This document shows, one piece after another, positions 51,865 to 62,668 of a stretch of 64,000 nt of DNA; position 1 is the stretch's first letter; every line of letters begins with the position of its first letter. This DNA is from an uncultured Methanolobus sp. Lineage in GTDB: Archaea > Halobacteriota > Methanosarcinia > Methanosarcinales > Methanosarcinaceae. The notes under the pieces were generated by a model that was not told the DNA's origin, did no database searches, and worked only from the letters and a program-made list of their open reading frames with translations. The DNA is taken from assembly GCA_963675495.1 (NCBI GenBank), contig OY776215.1, positions 1,184,001-1,248,000 of the forward strand. Reading direction: 5' to 3'. Both the position numbers and the translations under genes were made by a program.

Positions 51865-51869
51865 TCCAG

Positions 51870-52103
51870 TTAATTCTGACCGTTTAAGGTTTCTGTTTTA
51901 AACATTACACCCGTGCCTTTCAATGTCATCTGGATCTTATCAGTAAATAGAAGGATCTCATCCAGATCAACATTGTTGCCCCAGTCATAAACATAGTCAT
52001 AATTCCCCTGAACTTGTTTGAAACCAAGAGACATAAGACTCCTGTTCACTTCTGAAGGCCTTGAACCGTTGCTGTTAAACCAGAGTACCAGGTAAGTTTT
52101 CAT
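51870..52103 (-). CDS. small hypothetical protein
   Basis: 77-aa ORF with GGTG-type SD; fills the intergenic gap. Confidence 0.65.
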   Translation of the reverse strand: MKTYLVLWFNSNGSRPSEVNRSLMSLGFKQVQGNYDYVYDWGNNVDLDEILLFTDKIQMTLKGTGVMFKTETLNGQN

Positions 52104-52195
52104 ACGACACCCACAGAATTTACAACGCTTGGGTCACATATGGTACTTTTGGTCAGGCAAAAAAGAAAAGGGCAAAATATGCCCTGAAAATGACA

Positions 52196-52762
52196 TCAAT
52201 AACTTTCTTTTAAAGATTGCAACGCCTGCACAACCATTGAAGAATAATGCCTGACATCAGGATTATAGTATTCTTTTGCCCGCTGTGCATTGGCAGATGT
52301 GCCATCAAGAACCTTGAGCCTATCAAGAGTGCATTTTCCGGTTTCTAATACCCACATATCACGAGTCTGGCCATCCACTATATAGAGTGACTCAGGACGC
52401 ACAGAAGTAAGCACATCACCTTCACCTGTAGTATAAGTACTGGGCTTACCAACAACAGCAACGAAAGCAGGAGTCTCACATTCGGCAAGTACCTGAGCAG
52501 CTTCCGGCTGGTATTGACCTGCATATATCAGAAAAGAGCCGGTTGGGTCTGTAACACGACCACGCCAATATTCTGAATCCGTACCAATATCTTCTTTCTC
52601 AATTAGCGTACCGATAATAAATATACGGTTAACCTTCGCACCGGTCGGTGTCAGAAGATACTGTGGAGCATATTGGTCATCCCCATCCTTGAAACTTAGA
52701 TTGGACTCTCTGAACTCCTGAGCAAATATCCTCCTGGCAACTTCCCTTGTATAACCAGACAT
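52196..52762 (-). CDS. RPA-associated OB-fold protein
   Basis: REVARRIFA.E, PTGAKVNR, DPTG.F..YAGQYQPEA; adjacent to rpa. Confidence 0.8.
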   Translation of the reverse strand: MSGYTREVARRIFAQEFRESNLSFKDGDDQYAPQYLLTPTGAKVNRIFIIGTLIEKEDIGTDSEYWRGRVTDPTGSFLIYAGQYQPEAAQVLAECETPAFVAVVGKPSTYTTGEGDVLTSVRPESLYIVDGQTRDMWVLETGKCTLDRLKVLDGTSANAQRAKEYYNPDVRHYSSMVVQALQSLKESY

Positions 52763-53692
52763 TCAGATCACCTCTGCTGCAGCTATTAATTCATCCAGTT
52801 CAGACTGCTCCAATGAGAACACAGGAGTAATGGACTCTGCAAGAAGATATCTTTCGATCCTTGATCCGCTTACATTGTAGTATTTACCCACTAGTAATTT
52901 TTTCATTTGCTCAAGGACAACTCCCTGATCAAGAGCATCTGCAGCAAGGGCAATTGCATTTTCAAGCGTCATATCAGTAATCTCTTCGACCAGATCCCTT
53001 TTGAGTATAGTATCCTGTATGGAAGCACCATCATCCATAACAGCCTTAATGCGAAGATCATAGACGCCATCCACCTTACCGTGCTCCATGCAGGCTCCCT
53101 TTGTTAATGCACGGTTGCACTCCGGACACCTTTTTATGAGACCTGAACCTGACTGTATGTCCACCATGGCACCTTTGAAATCAACAGTAGTAGTCCCCAC
53201 TTCGATATCTTCATCAAGGGACTCGATGGAGCTGCTCTTATTAACGTTCAACTGGAATTTCCCATTCCACTCATTTACAACTACGTTCCTGAACATGTAG
53301 CTTTTATCTTCTTCAACAAGAGGTGCTGCAGCACTCCCCCACAGTGTGAATTTGATGGTCCCTGTCTCATCCCCTATAAGACCGACTTGCGATATTGATT
53401 CATGAGTGTTGTCCCATAGCTGGACAATCCTTCCCCGGACATTGACCCACTTCCCATCTTCTGTTATGTCAGAAATATTAACCGTTGGTGACTCTGTCTG
53501 GCCGGTGTAAAACTCGCCCCTATTAATATTGTATGATTTTAAAAAGTAGTTAACAACGCTTCTGCGTGCTTCTTCCTTTGGAACCTTGAACTTAGTTATC
53601 ATTTTGTCAAGGCGTTCTTCAATGTCCCCAATAGGGATCTCCACTCCAAGTTCATGGAACCTGGCACTAATTTCCTGTGCTAATTGTTTCAT
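52763..53692 (-). CDS. replication protein A (OB folds + CX2CX8CX2H zinc finger)
   Basis: GDETGTIKFT, CPECNRALTKGACMEH, DLRIKAVMDDG. Confidence 0.9.
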   Translation of the reverse strand: MKQLAQEISARFHELGVEIPIGDIEERLDKMITKFKVPKEEARRSVVNYFLKSYNINRGEFYTGQTESPTVNISDITEDGKWVNVRGRIVQLWDNTHESISQVGLIGDETGTIKFTLWGSAAAPLVEEDKSYMFRNVVVNEWNGKFQLNVNKSSSIESLDEDIEVGTTTVDFKGAMVDIQSGSGLIKRCPECNRALTKGACMEHGKVDGVYDLRIKAVMDDGASIQDTILKRDLVEEITDMTLENAIALAADALDQGVVLEQMKKLLVGKYYNVSGSRIERYLLAESITPVFSLEQSELDELIAAAEVI

Positions 53693-53830
53693 AGTTAAAT
53701 CCTCAAGCCTCTTGTTTGTTTCTTCTTGAGAGGCAATTTATCTGTATGCTTCAACCCTATATAATTGAGTTGTGAGCAAGGTGAAAGTAATATATAAATA
53801 AAAAAAGAAGATGTGTGAAAACTATCGAAC

Positions 53831-55666
53831 TCACTTATGCAGGAGATCTACAACTTCCTGTGCAGCACCATCTTCACCAATTACAGTAACAAGATCATCA
53901 TACTCCAGGACAAGGTTGCCATTTGCAATATAAGACTTATCACCCCTCCTGATCATCAGCAACAGGCTGCCCTCAGGAAGTGATAACTCCTTTATGGCTT
54001 TGCCTGCTACCTTGGGATTTGAGACCCTTGCCTCAAGTATCTCTCCTTCCTCCCCGACTTCACACATGGAAAACATAGAGGGTTTTCCGACCATGTTATC
54101 CAGAACAAGAGCTGTGGTCATCTGAGGACTCATTGAACGTATAGAGAGATCCCAGAATGCATGCAGATTCTCAACATTGTTGACCCTTGCAACTACCTGG
54201 TCTTCCTTCAGGTTAAACTTACTCTTTGCTATCTGAGATACCAGAAGATTCGTATTGTCCTGGTCAGTGGTGGCAACTATGTACTTGGCCTTTTCTATTC
54301 CTGCTGCCTTAAGAACATTAATGTCCTCGGCATCACCGTGAATCACACGTATACCCTGTTTTAGCAGCCGCTGGCATCTGGCCTCGGAACTGTCCACTAC
54401 AACTACATTCTCGCCTCGCTTTTCAAATCTCTCGGCCAGGATCTTCCCGACCTCTCCGCCTCCGATAATAAGGATTTCCATAGGTATAACTCCTAAAAGA
54501 TTGGCTACTCTTCTTGCTAAAGTGCCGGTTGTTATGACTGTAATGATAACGGTCAGAAATACCAGTCCAACCAGCATCTGACCACCCAGTATATTGAAAG
54601 AATCCAGTTTAATGGCAAAATAGGTTGCAATGGATGCTGGTACAACACCTCTTGGACCAATGAATGAAATAAACAATTTCTCATTCCTTTTAAGACGAGA
54701 GTTTACCGTTGAACCAAATACAGCCAGAGGACGTACCAAAACGATCAATAACAAGACAACTATGATCCCGTTTAGCCCAATACCGATTATATCCTCGAAT
54801 TTGAGCATGGCTGCAAGAAGTATAAAAATTATAGACAGCATTAACATCACAAGATCTGATTTGAATTCTTTTAGAGCCTGTTTGTGAGGAATACTGGAGG
54901 TACCAGTAACGATCCCAAAAACTGCAACTGCAAGAATACCAGACTCATTGCCTAATAACTCAGACGCAACATAAGTGGTTATTACCATCGTTAAAGTAAA
55001 TAGTCTGGCAGTCTGGTCAGTCACAAGGGAACCGCTTGAAAGAAAACGTTTCAGGATATGACCACTGGCCATACCCAGGGCAATACCTATAACAAGTCTC
55101 TGGAGTATGAAAAGAACGGCATTGAATCCAGTTAGCTGCGAAACTATCCACTCGAACATAAATGCTGCAAGGATGACGCTGGCTGCGTCATTAAAAACAC
55201 CTTCTATTTCAAGAATCTTACTAACTTTGTGATTCACATGTATGTTTCGCACAAGTGGTGTGATAACAGTAGGACCGGTTGCGGCTACCAGAGCTCCGAA
55301 AAGTGCTGCAAGCTTCAAGGGAACAGCTAACATAAAATATGTCACAAGCGTCGCACCGGCGAATGTGATCAGTACACCAATTGTCGTGAGCTTTAAAGCA
55401 GTCTTCTGTATAGGTCTGATACTCTTAACATCAATGTGAAGACCACCATCAAAAACAATCACTGCAACTGACAGGGATACAATGGCAGTAAGCCCATCAC
55501 CGAACATACGCGGATCTATAAAATTCAGCACTTCTGGCCCAACAAGTATCCCTTCCAGTAGGAGGAACATAATAACAGGCACTTTAAAGTGTTTGCTAAG
55601 TGTCTGGGCAATCATGCTCATAAAAAGCACAGAAACCACAATTTCCAGAAGATGTATCGAATCCAC
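53831..55666 (-). CDS. CPA1 cation:proton antiporter with TrkA-N/TrkA-C (RCK) domains
   Basis: ATGPTVI, EGVFND, GPRGVVPAS, GGGEVG Rossmann motif; GTG start with AAGGAG SD. Confidence 0.9.
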   Translation of the reverse strand: MDSIHLLEIVVSVLFMSMIAQTLSKHFKVPVIMFLLLEGILVGPEVLNFIDPRMFGDGLTAIVSLSVAVIVFDGGLHIDVKSIRPIQKTALKLTTIGVLITFAGATLVTYFMLAVPLKLAALFGALVAATGPTVITPLVRNIHVNHKVSKILEIEGVFNDAASVILAAFMFEWIVSQLTGFNAVLFILQRLVIGIALGMASGHILKRFLSSGSLVTDQTARLFTLTMVITTYVASELLGNESGILAVAVFGIVTGTSSIPHKQALKEFKSDLVMLMLSIIFILLAAMLKFEDIIGIGLNGIIVVLLLIVLVRPLAVFGSTVNSRLKRNEKLFISFIGPRGVVPASIATYFAIKLDSFNILGGQMLVGLVFLTVIITVITTGTLARRVANLLGVIPMEILIIGGGEVGKILAERFEKRGENVVVVDSSEARCQRLLKQGIRVIHGDAEDINVLKAAGIEKAKYIVATTDQDNTNLLVSQIAKSKFNLKEDQVVARVNNVENLHAFWDLSIRSMSPQMTTALVLDNMVGKPSMFSMCEVGEEGEILEARVSNPKVAGKAIKELSLPEGSLLLMIRRGDKSYIANGNLVLEYDDLVTVIGEDGAAQEVVDLLHK

Positions 55667-55978
55667 AGCTATACTCCTTTGGTATAAAAAATAATGTTCA
55701 CATAATTTTAATATAAGCTCTATGTATTTTAGTAATCCCATGGCATTATAGATATAAAACCCTAATGCAGGGAATAAAACATAATTATGGAAAAAAATGA
55801 TGCAGTATTATAATAACATAACAATTCACCATACATAAAAGAGTATTTTTCAAGAGAATTAATTCAACATTAAAACTTCCCCTTGTAATCACACAATAAT
55901 TAAAATAGAAAAACATGATTAAGGATAGGTAGGAAACAAAACGCTTATTAAACAATATTTTAAACTCGAGTGATTAAA

Positions 55979-56902
55979 ATGGTCTTAATAAAAGAAGAAG
56001 ACGTAAAAGTTCCATTAGATGTGCCGCAGGAAGCACGTGAGACATACATTAAGAATTACATGGAGATTACCCGAAACACTGGCAGATTGATGCTTTTCGC
56101 AGGTGATCAGAAAGTCGAACATCTTAATGATGATTTTTTTGGAGAAGGCATACCCTCGGACGACAATGACCCTGAGCACCTTTTCAGAATAGCTGCAAAC
56201 TCAAATATCGGAGTCTTTGCTACACAGATGGGTCTTATCGCCAGGTATGGAATGGACTATGCTGACATACCATATCTTGTTAAAGTCAACTCCAAATCCC
56301 ATCTTGTGAAAACAAAGCAGGATGACCCATTCAGTAACCAGTGGTATGATATGGAGCAGGTGGCCCAGTTCCGCGATAATAGTGGCCTTAAGATCATGGG
56401 AATCGGATACACCATATACCTTGGGAGTGCCTATGAAGCTGATATGTTCCAGCAAGCTGCACAAATGATATATGAGGCACACAAGTATGGAATGATAACG
56501 GTACTCTGGATATATCCAAGAGGAGAAGCTGTACAAAATGAAAAGGACCCACATCTCATTGCAGGTGCCACAGGTGTAGGAGCATGCCTTAATGCAGACT
56601 TTGTGAAGGTGAACTATCCAAAAGCTGAAGGAATGAAAACCGAAGAAGCATTCAAAGAAGCAGTCCTTGCAGCAGGAAGGACAAAGGTTGTTTGCGCAGG
56701 TGGTTCCAGTGATGATCCGCAAGCTTTCCTTAAGAAACTCCATACACAGATACATGTCAGTGGTGCAGAGGGTAATGCAACAGGAAGGAATATACACCAG
56801 AGACCACTGGATGAAGCTCTCAGGTTATGTAACGCCATCTATGCAATCACTATTGAGAATGCCTCTGTTGAAGATGCATTCAAGATATACAAAGGCGAAT
56901 AA
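55979..56902 (+). CDS. class I (DhnA-type) aldolase, probably fructose-bisphosphate aldolase
   Basis: GDQKVEH, YTIYLGS, WIYPRG, FVKVNYP Schiff-base Lys, AGG, GRNIHQR. Confidence 0.85.
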   Translation: MVLIKEEDVKVPLDVPQEARETYIKNYMEITRNTGRLMLFAGDQKVEHLNDDFFGEGIPSDDNDPEHLFRIAANSNIGVFATQMGLIARYGMDYADIPYLVKVNSKSHLVKTKQDDPFSNQWYDMEQVAQFRDNSGLKIMGIGYTIYLGSAYEADMFQQAAQMIYEAHKYGMITVLWIYPRGEAVQNEKDPHLIAGATGVGACLNADFVKVNYPKAEGMKTEEAFKEAVLAAGRTKVVCAGGSSDDPQAFLKKLHTQIHVSGAEGNATGRNIHQRPLDEALRLCNAIYAITIENASVEDAFKIYKGE

Positions 56903-56915
56903 TTTGTATTTAGAA

Positions 56916-56950
56916 GGTGCATTGGTTTGATAATGCACCCTTTCCTTTTT
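56916..56950 (+). terminator. aldolase terminator
   Basis: GGTGCATT/AATGCACC hairpin followed by T-tracts. Confidence 0.6.
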
Positions 56951-57129
56951 GATTTCACTTATCTTTTTTGATTTTAATTGAATTCACAGTTACCTGACAG
57001 GTTATCCGGAAGTCTAAAAATAATGTGTTGTGATGATAAATTAATAATAACCAGAATCAAAAGGCAGGTTTCGAACTGATAAAAAAAGAAGATTTCAGGT
57101 GCTTGCAAGAACAAACACCATATTAATCA

Positions 57130-57717
57130 TCATTTACATGAGCAATCAAAATCGAATCCCAATAGAAAAGTACCGGTTCCATGGAGATTGTCAAGTCCCA
57201 TCTTTTCCTTGAGGTACTCATCACTTGGAGGAGAAGGAGATGCTAGCACTGCATTACAAACCTTATCCACACATTCCACTTCTTCACATGGCTTAGGCGG
57301 CAATACAACTATCAATGGATTGTTCTTGGCATCCATTTTTTTGAGTACACTTGTGTCATATATAACAATGTTACCAATAACAAGTTTATCCTTGCAGGTT
57401 TTCATTTCCTCAAGTTTTGCCTCATCATCAAGGTCCTGACCCACAACACATTCATTGTGCATTAGAATAACATTAGGGCCTTCGGGCCAGTTGAAATCCA
57501 TATTCGTAGTAAAAGCAAAGATAACGTCATTCTTCAGAACTGTTTTTACACCTTTATTATCGCCCCGGCCAAGCCCCATCAGAGTCATCTCATCAGCTTT
57601 TTTCTCAAGCTCCCTGATAATTTCCCGATCATCTTCATTAAGCAGAAGCGTATTTCCTACACCCTTCATACTGATGATACTGTTTTTTACATTTTCTATT
57701 ATCTCATCATGTTCCAT
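57130..57717 (-). CDS. hypothetical protein
   Basis: 195-aa ORF, AAGG SD-like element, downstream hairpin and T-run. Confidence 0.7.
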   Translation of the reverse strand: MEHDEIIENVKNSIISMKGVGNTLLLNEDDREIIRELEKKADEMTLMGLGRGDNKGVKTVLKNDVIFAFTTNMDFNWPEGPNVILMHNECVVGQDLDDEAKLEEMKTCKDKLVIGNIVIYDTSVLKKMDAKNNPLIVVLPPKPCEEVECVDKVCNAVLASPSPPSDEYLKEKMGLDNLHGTGTFLLGFDFDCSCK

Positions 57718-57836
57718 GAATTAACCTTCTTTGATAAAATGTACATTTAATGTGTTGAATTACTTATCAGGTCTAATATTTTTGCATATTTAAGTATGTC
57801 GCATACAAAAACACATTCGAAATCAAATCAACCCAT

Positions 57837-58721
57837 TCAATGTATAACTTTGAAAAAGCCTGCCTTTGGCTCATATATGTGCCCTTTTGATAACAAGGAT
57901 TTCAACGTTGAATCAGCAATTTTCTCAGGAACACCTTTGGAACCTGCTTTTTCAATATAGTTCAAATAATCAAAACCACTTCCATCATCTATGCTTTCAA
58001 GAAGAGATTGGATCACATGTTCGTAATCAGGCTCTTTCTCCTGCTGTCCAGATGACTTCTTAATGGTGCAAAGTGCTTGTTTGATAACATTTTTTAAGGA
58101 ATCATAGTATTCCTTATCCTTGTGATAATAATCTAGTGAAAGACACATACCACTTGCAAGTGTCTGAGGAATATTACATGCCGACATCCTGTCAGCAATC
58201 TTTTCGCCTCCAACTCCTGAAGAGAAGAATCTGTCAAATGCATCCAGACGATCAAGAGTCATTTCCGCAGTGTCTGCTATCCACCTGTCACGCACTGACT
58301 CATCTACATAATTGATCTCCTCCGGACGCAAGGAAACATAAACAGAGCCATCTCCTGGCTCGTATGAACGAACCTTGCCAAGAACCATTACATACGAAGG
58401 CACGCTTACAGTTGAAAGGAAGAGTGAAGCTTCAGGCTGGTAACTACCTGCGTAGACTGTAAAAGCACCGGTTGGATCAGATATACGTGCCCTCCATATT
58501 TCTTTTTCACTGCCGGCCTGATCTGATAGCCTGTCCACTTCTGTGACCACACCCACCACAAAAACCCTGTTAACTTTCAGTCCTGTAGGACTTATGATAA
58601 AATTTGGAGAATAAATATCCTGATTTCCAGATGAAGAGGAATTTGAATTAGAATACAAATTAAAACGGGAATCATTGAATTCCTTGGCAAACATCCTGTG
58701 TGCCACTTCTCGCTCAATCAT
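57837..58721 (-). CDS. RPA-associated protein (OB fold + C-terminal winged helix)
   Basis: REVAHRMFAKE, PTGLKVNR, DPTGAF, C-terminal L...GHIYEPK.G. Confidence 0.8.
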   Translation of the reverse strand: MIEREVAHRMFAKEFNDSRFNLYSNSNSSSSGNQDIYSPNFIISPTGLKVNRVFVVGVVTEVDRLSDQAGSEKEIWRARISDPTGAFTVYAGSYQPEASLFLSTVSVPSYVMVLGKVRSYEPGDGSVYVSLRPEEINYVDESVRDRWIADTAEMTLDRLDAFDRFFSSGVGGEKIADRMSACNIPQTLASGMCLSLDYYHKDKEYYDSLKNVIKQALCTIKKSSGQQEKEPDYEHVIQSLLESIDDGSGFDYLNYIEKAGSKGVPEKIADSTLKSLLSKGHIYEPKAGFFKVIH

Positions 58722-60028
58722 TGATCATCACATCCACTGCCAATCTTTTCCAGAAGTTGAACTACACGATCCTGAAGGTCATCATCCGTAACCCAGACTG
58801 ATTTGGCAACAAGTGACACTCCAAATTCGTTCTTTGAAGAATTACCCCGGGCTGTGACACATTTACCAGTCAATACTTTTCTCATATCTGTAAATACAGC
58901 ATCATTGGAAATTGAACCCTGTGCCATAGTTTCCACATCATGCATGCTTTTTCCATAAATTGCCTCGGAGAGTTCACGGTTAAGCATCAAATGAACAGCT
59001 CCCGTACCATCATCAAGAATTGCCTTAATGCGCATATCCACCATGCATTCCACTTCACCATGTGAACGACAGACAGATTTTTGCGTAACACGGTTGCATA
59101 CAGGACATCTTTCGATAAGACCAGAACCTGGCCTGATGGAAATGAGATTCCCCCTGACAGTTACATCGAAAATACCCTCTTTTTCAAGAATCTGTTGGAT
59201 AGCTACGGGAGAATTGGCTTTATTTACAGATTCCATTGTAAATGGCAGATCATCTGAAGACTTCACCAGTTCAATAGAAGTGGTCTCACTGAAATTGATG
59301 GATGGCAACCCCCTGAATATCCTTACAGCAGCGCCTTCAAAACGAATATAGTCACCAATATCAAGTTTTCCCAACGAAACCCAAGCTGTAAATGGAAGCT
59401 TTGCACTGTCATCTGCAATGACGCCTTCTACTACAGTTACTTCCTGGCCTTTAAGCATTATTTCCCTGTGATACATCTCAACAATGAGAACCACAGAACT
59501 TGCAAGCACATCTGCAGGAACTATCTCAGCAAGTTTCTTGATATTGGAATGGGATATCAGCTCAATATCAGGGAGGTCACTATCCTGCAAATGTGTAATT
59601 GCAGACCTTTTTCCAAAATACAGTTCCGGACGGTTATTCCACAGCCGGGTGTATGCATTTTTGATCATAATAGCATCCCCGGACCGTAAAGACATATCAT
59701 CCCAACATGTAAAAGAACATATACCAGTCCCATCGCCCAGAGTTCCTGAAAATATTGTTTTCTGCTCACCCTGTATAGATACTGTTTTTTCAATAATATC
59801 AAGAATACGACCTTTGATCTCAATTCCATTCAACCCAGGAGAAAGATCTTTTACTTTTACAGAATTAGAAGAAACGGATACATATTTGGTTTTCAGGATT
59901 CTTTTCGCCTCATCAAGAGGAACACGGTATTTAAGGAGTTTTTCCAGTTCCTTGCTGATCTCCTCTTTGCTTATATTTCCAAGCGCCATGGTTAATTCGT
60001 CTATGTGTGGCGCAATTTTCTCGTCCAT
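58718..60028 (-). CDS. replication protein A (multi-OB + CX2CX8CX2H zinc finger)
   Basis: GDGTG..FT.W, DDSAKLPFTAW, CPVCNRVTQKSVCRSH, DMRIKAILDDG. Confidence 0.85.
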   Translation of the reverse strand: MDEKIAPHIDELTMALGNISKEEISKELEKLLKYRVPLDEAKRILKTKYVSVSSNSVKVKDLSPGLNGIEIKGRILDIIEKTVSIQGEQKTIFSGTLGDGTGICSFTCWDDMSLRSGDAIMIKNAYTRLWNNRPELYFGKRSAITHLQDSDLPDIELISHSNIKKLAEIVPADVLASSVVLIVEMYHREIMLKGQEVTVVEGVIADDSAKLPFTAWVSLGKLDIGDYIRFEGAAVRIFRGLPSINFSETTSIELVKSSDDLPFTMESVNKANSPVAIQQILEKEGIFDVTVRGNLISIRPGSGLIERCPVCNRVTQKSVCRSHGEVECMVDMRIKAILDDGTGAVHLMLNRELSEAIYGKSMHDVETMAQGSISNDAVFTDMRKVLTGKCVTARGNSSKNEFGVSLVAKSVWVTDDDLQDRVVQLLEKIGSGCDDQ

Positions 60029-60234
60029 ATGGAGTCTCCATTGTTCAAAGTAATTAATATTCTATTTCCTGATTGGCAATAAAGATAACCTTATCACAAA
60101 AGCATTTGAGCTTGCGATCAAATACTGGAAATGTTTAAGGATTATCAGACAGCATAGTTTAAATGGGATAATGTTAGAAGCCTTAAAGAGCAAATATTAT
60201 GCCTGAATTCAAATAAAATGGGGAGTATGGAAAA

Positions 60235-60669
60235 ATGCCAAAACTTGCAATCGTATACCTTAGCACACAAGGAAGCACAAAAATGATGGCCGAAGCCATT
60301 GCAAAAGGTGCACGTGAAAAACATGTGGATGTCGACATCGATAACTTCTATGAGTGGGATCCTGCAGACATAAGCAATTATGATGCTATTTGTATTGGTT
60401 CTTCAACATTCTATTATACTATGCTGGACCCAATTGCCAAATTCATAGACAATATCATAGAAACAGGCATCGATGGAAAAATCGGCGCTGCATTTGGTTC
60501 TTACGGCTGGAGCGGAGAAGCACCTGTTCAAATCGCTGAGAGACTAAGAAAGGCGGGAGTAGATGTTATAGACCCGGTACTAAGAATTCAGTATGTTCCA
60601 AATGAAAAAGACCTCTCAGAGTGTGTAAGACTTGGGAAGGACCTTGCAAAAAAGATGAAAAAGAAATGA
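60235..60669 (+). CDS. flavodoxin-domain protein
   Basis: YLSTQGSTKMMA, GSST, AFGSYGWSGEA. Confidence 0.9.
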   Translation: MPKLAIVYLSTQGSTKMMAEAIAKGAREKHVDVDIDNFYEWDPADISNYDAICIGSSTFYYTMLDPIAKFIDNIIETGIDGKIGAAFGSYGWSGEAPVQIAERLRKAGVDVIDPVLRIQYVPNEKDLSECVRLGKDLAKKMKKK

Positions 60670-60825
60670 TTTTAAAAATCAAATGCAAGGAAAATAACCT
60701 CTATTCAGCCAAAACCGATTCATCACATATTGAAAATCTATTAATAAACTATTTATAGTTTATTTTGCTAATTAAGTGATGAAATTGAATTAGATTTAAA
60801 ATACAAGACACATATGAGGATATTT

Positions 60826-61038
60826 ATGACAATAATACCATTTGCACCTATTGAGAGAGTTATAAGAAATGCAGGAGCACAAAGAGTTAGTGAATCAGCC
60901 GGTATGGAGCTAACTGAGATTCTGGAAGAATTTGGACTTGAAATATCCAGAGAAGCTATCAAGCTCGCTGAGCATGCTGGCAGAAAAACTGTGAAAGCTG
61001 AGGATATCAAACTCGCAAAAGAGATGTTGGGTAAATAA
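60826..61038 (+). CDS. archaeal histone
   Basis: PFAPIERVIRNAGAQRVS...AEHAGRKTVKAEDI. Confidence 0.95.
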   Translation: MTIIPFAPIERVIRNAGAQRVSESAGMELTEILEEFGLEISREAIKLAEHAGRKTVKAEDIKLAKEMLGK

Positions 61039-61085
61039 ATACCCATTTATTTTTCCTTTCAAATTTCTATGATGTGCTAAAAGAA

Positions 61086-61589
61086 TCATATTAGGTCTAA
61101 AAGACCTATTCCGGTCAGTGTGACAACACTGACTATAATCCCGGCTATAAGCACACCTGCAAGTATTGCAAGTATTGCATGCCTGAATTTGATTCCGAAA
61201 ACAAAGGCCGCCGCGCATCCGGTCCATGCACCTGTAACAGGTAATGGGATTGCTACAAATATCGTCAGCGCAAGAGTACCATATTTTTCAAATCTCTCTG
61301 AGTGGTTACGCTGAGTTCTTGTAAATAACCAGGAGAAAAATTTATCAAATATTCGATACCTTCGGAGATAGTTCGAAACCGGGTCCAGATACAGAAGCAA
61401 CGGAACCACAGGTACCATATTACCCAGCACTGCAAAAAAGTAGGCAGTAACCGGATTCATATTATATATACCCAAAGCAATGGGTATGGCTCCCCTTAAC
61501 TCAAACACAGGCAGGGCACCGATTATAACCGTTGCAAACCAGTGAGGTACCGAAGAAAGCAACTCCAGTACCAGTACTTCAAGGCTCAC
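61086..61589 (-). CDS. COG2426 small multidrug-export-like membrane protein
   Basis: [25 protein letters not shown]. Confidence 0.85.
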   Translation of the reverse strand: MSLEVLVLELLSSVPHWFATVIIGALPVFELRGAIPIALGIYNMNPVTAYFFAVLGNMVPVVPLLLYLDPVSNYLRRYRIFDKFFSWLFTRTQRNHSERFEKYGTLALTIFVAIPLPVTGAWTGCAAAFVFGIKFRHAILAILAGVLIAGIIVSVVTLTGIGLLDLI

Positions 61590-62548
61590 TGAGATTCCTT
61601 CCCAGATAGTGCAAAGTGCGCCAGCAGGGATTCAAGCTGTATTCTCTCATTTGCCCCTTCTGTTAGCCGGAAGTCGATCTCACCGATGACATCTATAAGT
61701 TCGACCATTCTTTTTTCAGGGATATCAATCTCAAACATGGCTCTGTATATCTGTCCGACCACGTCCTCACCTGAAAGACCCTGCTCAAGCAGAAGAACAT
61801 CAAGATGTTTCCTGGCAGCACTGAAATTACCTTCCAGAGCAGTTTCAATAAGTTCTCGTACTTGCTCCGGACGGGCTGTTGCAGTGATCTTGTATATTGC
61901 ATCCTTATGGATAGTATCTTCAACAAGGGCTGCAGCCTGAAGGGCATTTATCGCTTTTCTCATGTCACCCTGAGCAATGTATTTGATGGCATCCACACCA
62001 TCGTCTGCGATATCCAGACCTTCATTCTGTGCCACAAAGCGAACGCGTTCAGCAACAGCATCATCAGAGAGAGGACGGAACCTGTAAACAGCACATCTGG
62101 ACTGGATCGGTTCGATTATCTTGGATGAATAATTACATGAAAGAATGAAACGACAGTTATTGGTGTAGCGTTCCATGGTACGCCGCAGAGCTGACTGGGC
62201 ATCTGAGGTCAGGGCATCAGCTTCATCGAGGAAAATGACTTTGAAATCTGCACCTCCGATAGGTGTTGTTTTTGCAAAATTCTTGATCTTTGTCCTGACA
62301 ACATCAATCCCTCGTTCATCGGAAGCATTGAGTTCTGTGAAGTTCTCACGCCATGAATCTCCAAAAAGCTCACGTGCAATGGATACTGAAGTTGCCGTCT
62401 TCCCAACTCCCGGAGGACCTGAGAAAAGAAGATGTGGAAGGTTTCTCGTTTTTATGTACGATTTAAGCCTTTCTACAGCCTCTTTCTGGCCAACCACGTC
62501 ATCGAGCTTAAAGGGCCTATACTTTTCAATCCATATCTCTTCTTTAAT
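61586..62548 (-). CDS. rfcS: replication factor C small subunit
   Basis: [31 protein letters not shown]; probable ATT start at 62548 (ORF track 62584). Confidence 0.95.
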   Translation of the reverse strand: MKEEIWIEKYRPFKLDDVVGQKEAVERLKSYIKTRNLPHLLFSGPPGVGKTATSVSIARELFGDSWRENFTELNASDERGIDVVRTKIKNFAKTTPIGGADFKVIFLDEADALTSDAQSALRRTMERYTNNCRFILSCNYSSKIIEPIQSRCAVYRFRPLSDDAVAERVRFVAQNEGLDIADDGVDAIKYIAQGDMRKAINALQAAALVEDTIHKDAIYKITATARPEQVRELIETALEGNFSAARKHLDVLLLEQGLSGEDVVGQIYRAMFEIDIPEKRMVELIDVIGEIDFRLTEGANERIQLESLLAHFALSGKESQ

Positions 62549-62668
62549 TTCAAACCCTCCGCATAAAAATATACATTCCTGCAATAATAGGAAGATGTAG
62601 TTTTTTAAGTTTTCGTAAATAAAAAAGATACAGGATTTAATGCCAGATAAGGCATTTCCTGTATGAAT

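Noticed and set aside
61586-62548. Intein in rfcS
   Set aside because: Normal length with contiguous AAA+ motifs
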